From an uncultured delta proteobacterium (GTDB lineage: Bacteria > Desulfobacterota > Syntrophia > Syntrophales > UBA5619), in contig CAWFOM010000016.1 in assembly GCA_963817385.1 (NCBI GenBank), positions 1 through 64,000 on the forward strand: DNA of 64,000 nucleotides, given 5' to 3'. The notes beneath the pieces were generated by a model, which searched no databases, had not been told where the DNA came from, and was given only the letters and a program-made list of their open reading frames with translations. This document shows, piece by piece, positions 42,000 to 51,729 of this stretch. Both the position numbers and the translations under genes were made by a program. The number at the start of each line of letters is the position of its first letter. Position 1 is the first letter of the stretch.

Positions 42000-42133
42000 C
42001 GATCATCGGTAAGAAACCTGCTTCAGCTCATCGTTCCCGTATAGGTTGCCTTCAGGGTTTCGGCCCGGCAGCCTCCCGATCAGGCGTCCATGCCCACAGC
42101 GACAGGGGCAGGCACCGCTTTTACCCGATGTCG
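42000..42133 (+). ncRNA. candidate structured cis-regulatory leader RNA
   Basis: Closing stem CGATCATCGGTAAG / TTTACCCGATGTCG; inner AGGTTGCC/GGCAGCCT; GGGT-TTCG-GCCC; TGCCC/GGGCA. Confidence 0.55.
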
Positions 42134-42150
42134 CAAAGAAAGAAGATATC

Positions 42151-43452
42151 ATGAGTTTCAGTTCGTTCAAGTTTCACCCGCAGATTGCCGCCGGCGTCAA
42201 GGCGCTCGGCTACACCGATCCGACCCCGATCCAGGTCCAGGCGATCCCGCCGGTCCTGGCGGGCAAAGACGTCATGGGTTTGGCCCAGACAGGAACGGGC
42301 AAGACGGCGGCCTTCGTGCTGCCGATCCTGGAGCGTCTCCTCCCGGGGTCCCGCGGCAAGCTTCGCTGCCTGATCATCGCCCCCACCCGGGAGCTGGCGG
42401 AGCAGATCCACGTCGCCATCGGCGATATGGGTCAGAAGACGCACCTCAAGAGCTGCACTGTTTACGGCGGCGTGAACATCAATCCGCAGATCACTACGCT
42501 CAAGGCCGGTGTCGATATCGTCGTCGCCTGCCCCGGCCGGCTCCTCGACCACATGACCCAGAAGACGATCAACCTGGCGGCCCTCGAAGTCCTCGTCATC
42601 GACGAGGCGGACCGCATGTTCGACATGGGCTTTCTCCCGGATATCCGGCGGATCGTCAAGCAATTGCCCGCGAAGCGCCAGACCCTCATGTTTTCCGCCA
42701 CGATGGCCGAAGACATCCGGAAGCTTACCCAGGAGGTGCTGTGCAATCCCGTTACGGTCCGGGTCGGCCACGCGGCGCCCGTCAACTCCGTCTCCCATGC
42801 CCTCTATCCCGTCGAGCAGCACCTGAAGACGAACCTCCTCATGGAGATTCTGAAACAGACCGATACGGAATCGATTCTCATCTTCACGCGGACGAAGCAC
42901 CGGGCCAAGCGCATCGGCCAGCAGCTCGAAAAGGCCGGTTACCGGGCGGCTTCCCTTCAGGGAAATCTCTCCCAGAACAAGCGCCAGGATGCCCTCGACG
43001 GCTTCCGCGACGGTTCGTACCAGATTCTCGTGGCGACGGACATCGCGGCCCGGGGCATCGACGTCTCCAGCATCTCCCATGTGATCAACTACGACATCCC
43101 CGATACGACGGATGCCTATACCCACCGCATCGGCAGAACGGGGCGCGCAGCCAAGACCGGCGACGCCTTCACCTTCGTCTGTCACGAGGATGAGCCCCTG
43201 ATCCGGAACATCGAGCACGTTCTGGGCGCGAGGATCGAGCGGCGCCTGCTCAAGGATTTCGATTACAAGAAGGCCGCGCCGGCCAGGGATGTTGAGTTCG
43301 CCCGGCCGCCCCGGGAGCCACGGGGCCGCCGGCCCCAGGCGCCGTCGAAAAAGGCCGCCCCGCGGACGCCCGCGCGTAAGGCGACGCACACCCGGCGGGA
43401 CCTGTCCCGTTTCCCCTCCCGGACCGCCACCACACGCCGAACTAGCGCATAA
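42151..43452 (+). CDS. DEAD-box RNA helicase, RhlE-like
   Basis: PTPIQ, AQTGTGKT, PTRELA, DEAD, SAT, HRIGRTGR; basic tail. Confidence 0.95.
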   Translation: MSFSSFKFHPQIAAGVKALGYTDPTPIQVQAIPPVLAGKDVMGLAQTGTGKTAAFVLPILERLLPGSRGKLRCLIIAPTRELAEQIHVAIGDMGQKTHLKSCTVYGGVNINPQITTLKAGVDIVVACPGRLLDHMTQKTINLAALEVLVIDEADRMFDMGFLPDIRRIVKQLPAKRQTLMFSATMAEDIRKLTQEVLCNPVTVRVGHAAPVNSVSHALYPVEQHLKTNLLMEILKQTDTESILIFTRTKHRAKRIGQQLEKAGYRAASLQGNLSQNKRQDALDGFRDGSYQILVATDIAARGIDVSSISHVINYDIPDTTDAYTHRIGRTGRAAKTGDAFTFVCHEDEPLIRNIEHVLGARIERRLLKDFDYKKAAPARDVEFARPPREPRGRRPQAPSKKAAPRTPARKATHTRRDLSRFPSRTATTRRTSA

Positions 43453-43596
43453 AGCGTATCCCTCAACCCGGCTCCGGAAAACGGCGCCTGTCCCCGGGCA
43501 AGACCTCGAACGGGTCCGGCAGCGCACCAACTCCGTACCTTCCACAGCGGATTTACTCCGCCATCCTGGATATGATGGGGATAGACAGCGGCGAAC

Positions 43597-43638
43597 CGAA
43601 GAGAATCCACTCTCTTGTGTTGAGAGGGATTCTCTTCG
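43597..43638. terminator. hairpin between convergent genes
   Basis: CGAAGAGAATCC..CTC / GAG..GGATTCTCTTCG. Confidence 0.65.
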
Positions 43639-43646
43639 TGCTTTGG

Positions 43647-44645
43647 CTATGACGCTTGGTTGATGGCCGAAAGCTGCCAGGGATAATTCCCCACGGGCCG
43701 CGTAAAGGTCCAGTATTCGTCGAATTTAACCGGATCGGTCTTGCTGCCCGCCAGCACCTGGCCCGATGCCTCGTCAACCGTGTAGTCCAGCAGATTAGCG
43801 CGGAAGCGGACGGTGATAAAATCCTTCCCGGCCTCCTGCCAGACCTCTGTGATGTCCACCGTCCGGATGGCGATATTTTCAAGGCGGTTGATCTGTTTTT
43901 TCTTTTTCAGATCGTCGGCGTCCTGCTGAATGATTCCGAACATCTCGTCGGTGAAAGAGGTGCGGATCATCGACAGATCGCGGTTCGCCCAGGCGCCCTG
44001 GACCTTGAAGAAATTGTCCATGCACTGATCCTTGAAGCGCTGCTCGTCGAAAGCGGGATCCATCTGCCGGATGTGGGCTAACCCGGAGTCCATATCACTC
44101 TGGATGAGCTGCTGGTCGCCATAGGCAGGCGCAGCGGGCAGAGATCCGTAGGATGTCGGCTGCTGAGGTTCCGACGCTTCACGGTAGTATGCCGGGCCTG
44201 CCGTCGCCGCCGCTTCCCGCCGCTTCTTTTTGATGAACCACCAAATCCCATAGAGGATCAAGCCGATTAGCGCGATTTCGAACAGGCCGATCCCGCCGCC
44301 GCCGACACCACCAACACCTCCGCCGGCATTGCCCATGCCCCGGAAGAGCATTCCGCCGAGCATGCCGCCCAGGATACCGCCAGCCAGTCCGCCGGCCATG
44401 TTTCTCAGGAAGCCGCCGCTCTGTGGCTGACTCATGGGCGGCGACGGTGAGGGGCCGACCTGCCGTGACGGGCTGGTTGCACTTCCCGAAGGTGAACTCG
44501 GCGACGAATAGGATCGCGAGCCCCTGCTGCCGGAAGACCTGCCGCCGCCCGCCCGGGCGAAAGCATCAATCTCCAGGACATATAACAACAAAAAGAACAG
44601 ACTGAAGATCACCAATCCATTTCTTGCCCACTTTCTCGATAACAT
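43647..44645 (-). CDS. Tim44-domain protein
   Basis: Signal peptide, ARAGGGRSSGSRGSRS, Gly-rich TM region, MDPAFD..F..VQGAW, FDEYWTFTR..WQLSAI. Confidence 0.9.
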   Translation of the reverse strand: MLSRKWARNGLVIFSLFFLLLYVLEIDAFARAGGGRSSGSRGSRSYSSPSSPSGSATSPSRQVGPSPSPPMSQPQSGGFLRNMAGGLAGGILGGMLGGMLFRGMGNAGGGVGGVGGGGIGLFEIALIGLILYGIWWFIKKKRREAAATAGPAYYREASEPQQPTSYGSLPAAPAYGDQQLIQSDMDSGLAHIRQMDPAFDEQRFKDQCMDNFFKVQGAWANRDLSMIRTSFTDEMFGIIQQDADDLKKKKQINRLENIAIRTVDITEVWQEAGKDFITVRFRANLLDYTVDEASGQVLAGSKTDPVKFDEYWTFTRPVGNYPWQLSAINQAS

Positions 44646-44776
44646 ACGTTCCTCCTTCTAATCGTTATGAGATGTATTTTGTGACGAATTTTTGTGCGTT
44701 ACGCCTGATGCTCCGCACAAAACCTGAAGCTGGTTACGCCAGCGACAATCGTAATAATATCTGTTCGATTGTTGAA

Positions 44777-45082
44777 CTAAGACCTGACCGGGGGGGCCTT
44801 ATTGGGATAGATATAGCCTATTGGAGAAGCGATGAAGATGGTTGTGTTCTCATGGATGGCGGAATTTAATAAAAGAAAAACCGCCGCCACGTCAAGAGAG
44901 GCGACCGTTACCGCCGGGGCGGAATCGATCTTGTTTTTACTCATGGTTCCGGAGTTGGTGGTTTTTACCTTGCAGATGGAACGGGAGGTCCGCAAAAACT
45001 TGTTGTCCTGGTAATGGAAGGCAACAGCACAGATGGCTAAGAAAAAACCGGCCACAGATAGTAGAACGATTCTTTTGATCAT
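44777..45082 (-). CDS. small DUF2946-like protein ending in NKAPP (possible leader/arrest peptide)
   Basis: N-terminal hydrophobic signal, FHYQD..SRSICK, C-terminal YPNKAPPVRS. Confidence 0.55.
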   Translation of the reverse strand: MIKRIVLLSVAGFFLAICAVAFHYQDNKFLRTSRSICKVKTTNSGTMSKNKIDSAPAVTVASLDVAAVFLLLNSAIHENTTIFIASPIGYIYPNKAPPVRS

Positions 45083-45197
45083 ACGGTAATGTATAGCACT
45101 ATTTTTGCCATGCTGCCTCGGTAATTTTAACTTTAGTTGTGTTATACAATCTATTTCAAAGGACTGTCAAGGGCTATCATTTTATCTTTTCTTGATC

Positions 45198-46142
45198 TTA
45201 ACCCGTAACCCTCCGGGAAACGATACATTCGGAAAACATGGTGGGAAGGGGTGCGCGGATGATCATCTCCTGTTTTGTTCGAGGGTGCCGAAAGACCATC
45301 TTGGCATTGTGCAAAGCTGCCCGCGGCAGAATCAGGAGCTTTTCGATTTCAGGGGTGAACCCATGCTTAACAAAGGTGAGAAATGCGGTTTCGTCTTTTC
45401 CATATAGCTTATCGCCGACGATGGGAAAACCCGCGGAGAGAAGATGGGCGCGAATCTGATGCAACCTCCCGGTTTCGGGAAAACACCGGACCAGCGAAAT
45501 ATCGCCGGCGGCGAGCACTTTCCTGAATCTTGTCCTGGCCCGTTCCGTTCCGCCGCTCCATGCCTTGCGTTTCTTTTTCACCGCAGAGGCGGCATCCGGT
45601 CCCAGGGGCAGGTCTACGATCATCTCGCGGTCGGGGAAATTCCCGTGCACAAGGGCGAGATACTCCTTGGATCCGCGCGAAATCGAATCGGACAGAGCCT
45701 TCACGCTTTGAGCATCAAAGGCGAGGAGAATGACCCCCGAAGTTTCGCGATCGAGACGATGCACCGGATAGAGTTTGCGTCCGTAACGGTTTTCAAGCAA
45801 AGAAACGAGCGTATTGTTGAAATACCGCCCCGCGGGGTGCACCGGTAAATTTCCGGTTTTATCTACCGCAACAAACCATTCATCCTCAAAGAGCAGTTTA
45901 ATGCCCCCATCGACCGATGGTTCCACGATCCCGCTTCCGTCGTAAGCGAGAATATCGCCGCCTTTCAGATCTGCCGCGGGATTGCGGGCAACCTCACCAT
46001 TGAGGGACACCTTTCCGCTCAGAATCTCATTTTTCCATTGATCCTGGGTGAAGTACGTGAATCGCCGGGCACAATAGCCGTCAAGATTCACCGTCCCTTG
46101 CAGAGGGGGAACCGTTGTTTTTATGATTCTCGTTCTCATCAT
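45198..46142 (-). CDS. RluA/RluD-family pseudouridine synthase
   Basis: VHRLDRETSG, KEYLALV, TGRLHQIRAHL, GDKLYG. Confidence 0.93.
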   Translation of the reverse strand: MMRTRIIKTTVPPLQGTVNLDGYCARRFTYFTQDQWKNEILSGKVSLNGEVARNPAADLKGGDILAYDGSGIVEPSVDGGIKLLFEDEWFVAVDKTGNLPVHPAGRYFNNTLVSLLENRYGRKLYPVHRLDRETSGVILLAFDAQSVKALSDSISRGSKEYLALVHGNFPDREMIVDLPLGPDAASAVKKKRKAWSGGTERARTRFRKVLAAGDISLVRCFPETGRLHQIRAHLLSAGFPIVGDKLYGKDETAFLTFVKHGFTPEIEKLLILPRAALHNAKMVFRHPRTKQEMIIRAPLPTMFSECIVSRRVTG

Positions 46143-46296
46143 GAATGCCGGCCGACTTTACCTTGTGCCGACGCATTTGTCAGGCTTTTTCTTTAGCGCG
46201 TGACAAAGCCGGGGGCATGATCCAGGAGGGCGGTTGACCGGGAGGACCTGGATACTGAGGGCCTAAGCGCTCCGGCAACATGATCAGAAAAAGACT

Positions 46297-46389
46297 CTAC
46301 TCCACAAACTTCCGCTTCGCCGCGAAATAGGCCAGGCTCATGTTCGGCAGCACCTCGGTGTGTGGGATGAGCAGATATCTCCACGGTTT
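46297..46389 (-). pseudogene. orphan 3' end resembling a type III restriction Res subunit
   Basis: KPWRYLLIPHTEVLPNMSLAYF...stop; resembles the KPWKYLLIPH C-terminal motif (recognised from memory). Confidence 0.55.
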
Positions 46390-46407
46390 GTTTGTCATCT
46401 ATTATGC

Positions 46408-47319
46408 CTAGTGATCATTTTTCGTTCTTCCAAATAACCCTAAAGTTGTTGCCTCTAGCTCGTCAGCCTGCTTTTCCCATTCTTCTTGTGTTAAGTCTGG
46501 CAGGTTATCAAAATATTCAATTGCCGCTTGTACACTTTCGTCTTTATGGCTGATTTCCTCAAGAGTTACTTTTTCTCCTTTGTTCAGCAATGACGTGATC
46601 AGAGATACTTGATGAGCTTGTAAAAAACCTCCCACAGGCCCATTAAGACCATACTTAGAATCCAAATCGATTTTTTGCATACCAATAGGATATTTCAGGA
46701 GAAGGAGGGTAATGCTCTCAGTAACAACCGTTGTCATTAGTTCAGAATAAAGTGTAAGTGAGCTGTCTGAAAATTTATTAAAGTTTGCGAGATTCAGAGC
46801 CTGCGAGCTGTGACGATAACCTCTGGTATGGACATATTTATCGAGTACATCAAAAGTGCCAAATATTTTATTTATAAAACTATATTTTACATTAAACTGA
46901 CGAAAAGTAGGTAATTCGTTTAGTCTGCCTACAATCTGTCTTCTATTGGGAGTTTTTTCTTTAGAATGTATCCAAGATTGGACATCGATATGTTCTTGAT
47001 CGCGAACAGCAAAGTAAACTGTAAGCAGGCTAAGTTCAAGAACTGACCTGAGGGCAATTAATGCATAGTTATAGAAACCCTGTTTTACAAGTTCATAACT
47101 GTTCTCTAATTCGAAATAGGACTGAGTATAAGGAAAGTAATGACCTGATGCAATGTTGTCTAAAGTCTGCGGGATTAGATCGCCAATTTCGTGATACGCG
47201 CGCATGTGATTTGCTAGCATTTCATGCAATTCCGGGTGCGCTGCCAAATACGCGAGGGATTCGGCATAGGTTGCTTCGCATTTTGCGTGGTCATTAATAA
47301 TTAATTCCTTCCAACGCAT
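46408..47319 (-). CDS. AT-rich hypothetical protein (helical, possibly HEPN-like)
   Basis: 303 aa ORF, markedly AT-rich; LRSVLE...LDKYVH pattern. Confidence 0.7.
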   Translation of the reverse strand: MRWKELIINDHAKCEATYAESLAYLAAHPELHEMLANHMRAYHEIGDLIPQTLDNIASGHYFPYTQSYFELENSYELVKQGFYNYALIALRSVLELSLLTVYFAVRDQEHIDVQSWIHSKEKTPNRRQIVGRLNELPTFRQFNVKYSFINKIFGTFDVLDKYVHTRGYRHSSQALNLANFNKFSDSSLTLYSELMTTVVTESITLLLLKYPIGMQKIDLDSKYGLNGPVGGFLQAHQVSLITSLLNKGEKVTLEEISHKDESVQAAIEYFDNLPDLTQEEWEKQADELEATTLGLFGRTKNDH

Positions 47320-47457
47320 ATATCCTCTCGGTTTTTAATTAAAAAAGATAATCCCGATTCAGGTTCCACGTAGCTCGCTGGAGCCTTCATGTCCGGTCTG
47401 ATGATTGCCAGGATTTTCTCCGAAGTTTCTTCCGAAGTTTTCTCCGAAGCTTACTCG

Positions 47458-48786
47458 TCAATCTTTACTAACCTCCCAGCGGCCCCCCTTATCCGGTCCG
47501 ATGCGCTTCAATTGTCCTTTCTTTTGCAGCTTCGTAAGATGATACTTGATCCCATCTGCTGTGATCCCGATCTGTGCAGCCAATTCTTTGCGGCTTATGA
47601 ACGGATTCGCGGCGATCTCGTCCAGGATTTTCTGGGTAGTTTTCTGGGTAGTCTTCTGGGTCCTCCCTTCTTCGGAAGAGCCCGGTTCGGCCGGTTTCCT
47701 CCAGAACCTCGCCACAAACAGCACGGTGCCCACTTCCTCGAACTCTGTTCGTGGCTCCCGCTCCAGGATCATCTTGATGCCGCGGCCCCATTTCTCGATC
47801 CGGTGGCTGCGCTGGAAAAGGTCCGCGAGCAGTTCGTTCCGCCGGACGGAGACCATCTTGTTGCGGATGTCCGAGACGGTCAGGCCGCCGTAGAGCAGCC
47901 CGGGGCTCCGGATTTCCAGCCGATCCTTGAAGATGGCGATGTTGACCGAATCGTACTCGCGATAATCCCGGTGACAGAAGGCGTTGATGATCGCTTCCCG
48001 GAAGGCTTCCGGATCGATCTCGGGAACATCCACGCGCAGCAGGCCGTTCAGCCGCATGCCGATGTTGATATGCTCCAGGATGTACTCTTCCGCCTTTTGG
48101 ATCAGGGTGAACACGTCACCGGTAAAGTCTTTCATGTCCAGCGTGACCGTCGTGTCGACGGCGCCGAAGGTGGCACACCGCAACCGGGCGTTGGGAAGGA
48201 ACTTTTCCGGCTTGCGGGCGAAGCAGAGGACGGCCGCATTCAATAGTTTGCCGTCTCTGATCAGGCCCAGCTTTTCGAGGGCGTTGGGGAGGGTGTCGTA
48301 TTTGAGGCCGCAGGTCTTCAGGAAGTTTTTCAGTTTGCCGCTGCTGATATCGTCAAGGATCGCCCGATCGCAGGTCTCCGTATCCCAGCGGAGATGATCG
48401 CGGTTCTTTTGCAGGATCAGGCATTCCAGGCCCTTGGCGCTCAACTGCCGGTCTTCGTCGCCTACCCGGACATAGGCCCGGCCGTACGCAAAATAGGGGG
48501 CGTCTTTCCCCTCCACCAGCACCCGGATGCAGGGCTTCTCGTCAACGATGACCTGCTCGACCGTCGGATAGATCTTGGGGTCGATATGCTCTGCGATCGC
48601 CCGGGAGACTTCCCGCAGGCTGGCTTCCGAGATGCTCTGGCCGACAGCCGTGCCCTCGTTCCTGATCCCGAACCAGAGTTCTCCCCGCTGATGTTTGTTC
48701 AGCATCGCCGCCAGGGAGATGATCCCCGCTTTCAACTCGCCGGTGGATCTCTTCAGTTCGATTTCTTCCGATTCGATCAGCCGCAT
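47458..48786 (-). CDS. AlbA_2/Schlafen + RecG-C/HATPase-like + wHTH protein
   Basis: ESEEIELKRS, AMLN..GELWFGI, REAIINAFCHRDY, RLEIRSPG, IEKWGRGI, KRIGPDKGGRW. Confidence 0.88.
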   Translation of the reverse strand: MRLIESEEIELKRSTGELKAGIISLAAMLNKHQRGELWFGIRNEGTAVGQSISEASLREVSRAIAEHIDPKIYPTVEQVIVDEKPCIRVLVEGKDAPYFAYGRAYVRVGDEDRQLSAKGLECLILQKNRDHLRWDTETCDRAILDDISSGKLKNFLKTCGLKYDTLPNALEKLGLIRDGKLLNAAVLCFARKPEKFLPNARLRCATFGAVDTTVTLDMKDFTGDVFTLIQKAEEYILEHINIGMRLNGLLRVDVPEIDPEAFREAIINAFCHRDYREYDSVNIAIFKDRLEIRSPGLLYGGLTVSDIRNKMVSVRRNELLADLFQRSHRIEKWGRGIKMILEREPRTEFEEVGTVLFVARFWRKPAEPGSSEEGRTQKTTQKTTQKILDEIAANPFISRKELAAQIGITADGIKYHLTKLQKKGQLKRIGPDKGGRWEVSKD

Positions 48787-49016
48787 GTCATGCCTTCGCA
48801 ATGATATTGAACGGTGGCTGCAGGCAAACGCTAAAGAATTCAGGGTGGTTTGTTTGGGAAACGGTACCGAAAAACCGGGGAGATATCAAGGGAAAAACTA
48901 TTTTTTCTTTCCAATCCCTCCGCAAAAAGTTTCAGAACCTTGGAGCGAAGGAGGGGCGCTTATTCCCCTTTGGTTCAAGAATTTAAAGGGTCATATAGGA
49001 CGGGGGAACGGGTTCA

Positions 49017-49709
49017 TCAACCCATCTTGACGAGAGGGGGGAGCTTTCCGGCAAGTCCCACATGGCCGTCCTTGACGATCAGAACGCCGCTGATGCCCTC
49101 TATGGAGACCATGTGATTGAGGGCCGGCTCCACGTCGGCGACGGTCTTGACGAGATTGGCGGCCAGGGTCGCCGCGGCATCCGCAAGGGCTCCGTCTTTG
49201 GCGACTATGGTGGCCAGATCGCATTGCCCGAGGCTCAGCGAGTGGCCCATTTTCCCCGAGGACGAACAGATGGAAAGCGGGGTGTCGCACGCCTCCAGCG
49301 AAAACGCCAGCCGGCCGATCTGCCCCGATTCACCCGGATACAGGCCGATGATCACGGGTTCGACGGTCTGCAGATAGATGTCGCCTCCGTTATCCACGAT
49401 AACCTCCTCGGCGCCCGCCCTCAAAGCTGCCTCGGCCGCAAGCTGGGCCATGGCGCCGGCTACGGCAGCCATCGGTCCGACGCCCACTATGTCCGCAGCG
49501 CGGGCCATCCGTTTCGCCACTTCAGGCGCATCGGCGAGGATAGCCACGGGTTCGAGCGAATGCTGAAAATGGGGATGCCGCAGGATATAATTCTCCAGGA
49601 TCGCCCGTTGCCGGACGATCTCCTGCGTAACGGCACCAAACTGTTCGCAGCAGATACGGAGGAGCGCTTCTTTATGGACGAAGGTTCTATATACCCGTTT
49701 GCGGTTCAT
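49017..49709 (-). CDS. UPF0280 / ApbE-like protein
   Basis: VGPMAAVAGA, VDNGGDI, ICSSSGKMGHSLSLG, ADAAAT. Confidence 0.9.
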   Translation of the reverse strand: MNRKRVYRTFVHKEALLRICCEQFGAVTQEIVRQRAILENYILRHPHFQHSLEPVAILADAPEVAKRMARAADIVGVGPMAAVAGAMAQLAAEAALRAGAEEVIVDNGGDIYLQTVEPVIIGLYPGESGQIGRLAFSLEACDTPLSICSSSGKMGHSLSLGQCDLATIVAKDGALADAAATLAANLVKTVADVEPALNHMVSIEGISGVLIVKDGHVGLAGKLPPLVKMG

Positions 49710-49742
49710 GGGCTGACGAAGCGGACCCGGTGAGGCGTTTCC

Positions 49743-50165
49743 TTAAAATGCCGATGTGCATGCGCCGAAGGGGCAGATGCGGATGCATGCCAGACATTCG
49801 ATGCACTCGGATTCGTTGTAAGCGACCTTTCGTGTGGCGCTGTTTTCGATTTTCAGCGCCCGCGGGGGGCAGTAAGGGACGCAGTAGCCGCAATGGGTGC
49901 AGCTCTCCTCGTCACGGATGACCCCCTTTCCGGAGTAATTGACAATGACGTTGAAGGTCTTTACAAAATCGATCCCGTCCTGGATCTCTTTCTCCGTGCC
50001 GGTGACGTCCAGGACAAGGTACCCTTCCTCCTCCGGCGTGACCTTCGCACGAAAGACATTGACGATCAGGTGATGGTCTTTGACAAGATGGTAGATGATC
50101 GGCTTGTCACATTCGCATTTGGGAAAGTAGAACATCAATTTTTTTGTCACGATTTCGTCGTTCAT
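49743..50165 (-). CDS. NIL-domain 2x4Fe-4S ferredoxin
   Basis: KPIIYHLVKD..NVFRAKV; CTHCGYCVPYCP; CIECLACIRICP. Confidence 0.9.
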   Translation of the reverse strand: MNDEIVTKKLMFYFPKCECDKPIIYHLVKDHHLIVNVFRAKVTPEEEGYLVLDVTGTEKEIQDGIDFVKTFNVIVNYSGKGVIRDEESCTHCGYCVPYCPPRALKIENSATRKVAYNESECIECLACIRICPFGACTSAF

Positions 50166-51352
50166 CGGGGCGGCTCCCTTTTCACAAGCGGTTTCATTTT
50201 GGCGTCTTTCTTGAGAGGGGCAATCGGCGCTGCCAGCAGGAAATCGCCCCGCCGGATTTCATCCGCCAGCAGATTGGCAATTTCCAGGGCCTTGTAGTAC
50301 GAAGACAGAGAGCCGACCTCCACCGTCCGGCCGTCGACCTGGATCTGCCCGGAGCGCAGTTGCTCGTAGTTGACGTGGCCGATGACCTTGCCCGTATTTT
50401 GCGGATAATCGGTGCCGTAATCGACCACCGGGGCCAGAATATCCCGGTCGCGCACGCAGGCTCGTTTCAGAATTTCTTCATTGAGGATGGGGATGGGGAT
50501 TCCTATCCCCAGCGTCAGCGAAACCCCATATCCGATAAAGCTGACGCCCCGGACGAATTCCTTGCGCATCTGCTTCATGTCGCCGGTGAGCGCCAGCGTT
50601 CCCGCCCCGCCCATGGGCACGCCGTCCGGCGTTCTGCCGACTCCGCCGGCGTGCTGCGTTCCTTCCGCGTACACATGTCCCTGCGCGCCGGCCAGCCAGA
50701 CGCGCGTGCCTACGCCGATAGTATCGTAGTAGGGGTCGTTGAGCAGAGGCGACAGCTGGCCCGCAGAGCAGTAATTCGCGTTTTTCTGATGGGGTTCGAG
50801 CTTGCCCATGTACGTGTAAATCGTATGGTCCGAGCGGTTGATCGCCACATTGTAGTTCTGGTAGCAGTTGCGCGGGTTGACCATGATCGCCTGATTCAGG
50901 TCCTGGATGGTAAAGTAGGTGCGGATCTCCCGGAGCGGATAACAGTCCGTGCCGTAGGAGAGGGCAAAAAGCTGGAGGGTTTTCCCCGCCACGAGATCTT
51001 CCATCACATGGCCGCCGCCATACCGGAACTCGCCGGGCGGATACATGTTGGCAGGATCTCCGTGCCGAAGCTGCGTGCAGCCCAGATAGACGTCTACGGC
51101 GGCGAGGCCCGTATAGACGAGAACATCGGCGACCCACGCCTCGGACATGCGGATCTTCGGTTTGGAATGTCCGAAGTTCAAGAAGCAGCCGGACGAACAC
51201 ATCGGGCCGAACGTGGCGGTCGTGACGACATCCACCTCTTCGGCTGCGGCCTGGAGTCCTTTTTTGTCCACGTAATCCATGATCTCATCGGCCGTCAGCA
51301 CCACGGCTTTCCCGGATTCGATACGATCGTTGATCTGTTCATAGGTCTTCAT
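50162..51352 (-). CDS. DUF39 homocysteine biosynthesis protein (aspartate-semialdehyde sulfurtransferase-like, no CBS pair)
   Basis: VDVVTTATFGPMCSSG, YGGGHV, NPRNCYQNY, AGQLSPLLNDP, IGIPIP. Confidence 0.88.
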   Translation of the reverse strand: MKTYEQINDRIESGKAVVLTADEIMDYVDKKGLQAAAEEVDVVTTATFGPMCSSGCFLNFGHSKPKIRMSEAWVADVLVYTGLAAVDVYLGCTQLRHGDPANMYPPGEFRYGGGHVMEDLVAGKTLQLFALSYGTDCYPLREIRTYFTIQDLNQAIMVNPRNCYQNYNVAINRSDHTIYTYMGKLEPHQKNANYCSAGQLSPLLNDPYYDTIGVGTRVWLAGAQGHVYAEGTQHAGGVGRTPDGVPMGGAGTLALTGDMKQMRKEFVRGVSFIGYGVSLTLGIGIPIPILNEEILKRACVRDRDILAPVVDYGTDYPQNTGKVIGHVNYEQLRSGQIQVDGRTVEVGSLSSYYKALEIANLLADEIRRGDFLLAAPIAPLKKDAKMKPLVKREPPR

Positions 51353-51729
51353 AGATTCATTTCCCGCCGGAAGATAGGATGGTTAACCCGTTTTGCGTGC
51401 ATTCCTGCACATCTTTATGCTTTTGTCAAGTCATGGGGTGTGAGGCCGGCCCCCTTAGCCTCTCTCAGTCAAAGCCAGTCTGACACCCAGCGACACGAAG
51501 ACCCCGGCAGTCAACCAGTCAAACCCACTTCGCACTCTTCGGTCTGGCGAGGATGAAGATGCCGATACTGCCGGAGTAATAACCGACGTTCGTGATGAAT
51601 CCTCGCTTGAACACGGCCGCATCCGGCCTATCGTCGGCAGCAGCCGTCCGTGACGAGAATACGGCAGTGAGGATTGAAGCCGGGAATATCGCCAACGGTC
51701 TGGTTGGCGATAACAGCGTTGGAAAAGGG

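Noticed and set aside
51353..51720. SAM riboswitch ahead of the DUF39 operon
   Set aside because: No ATC.AGAG / GGCAACC / GTGC.AA core found
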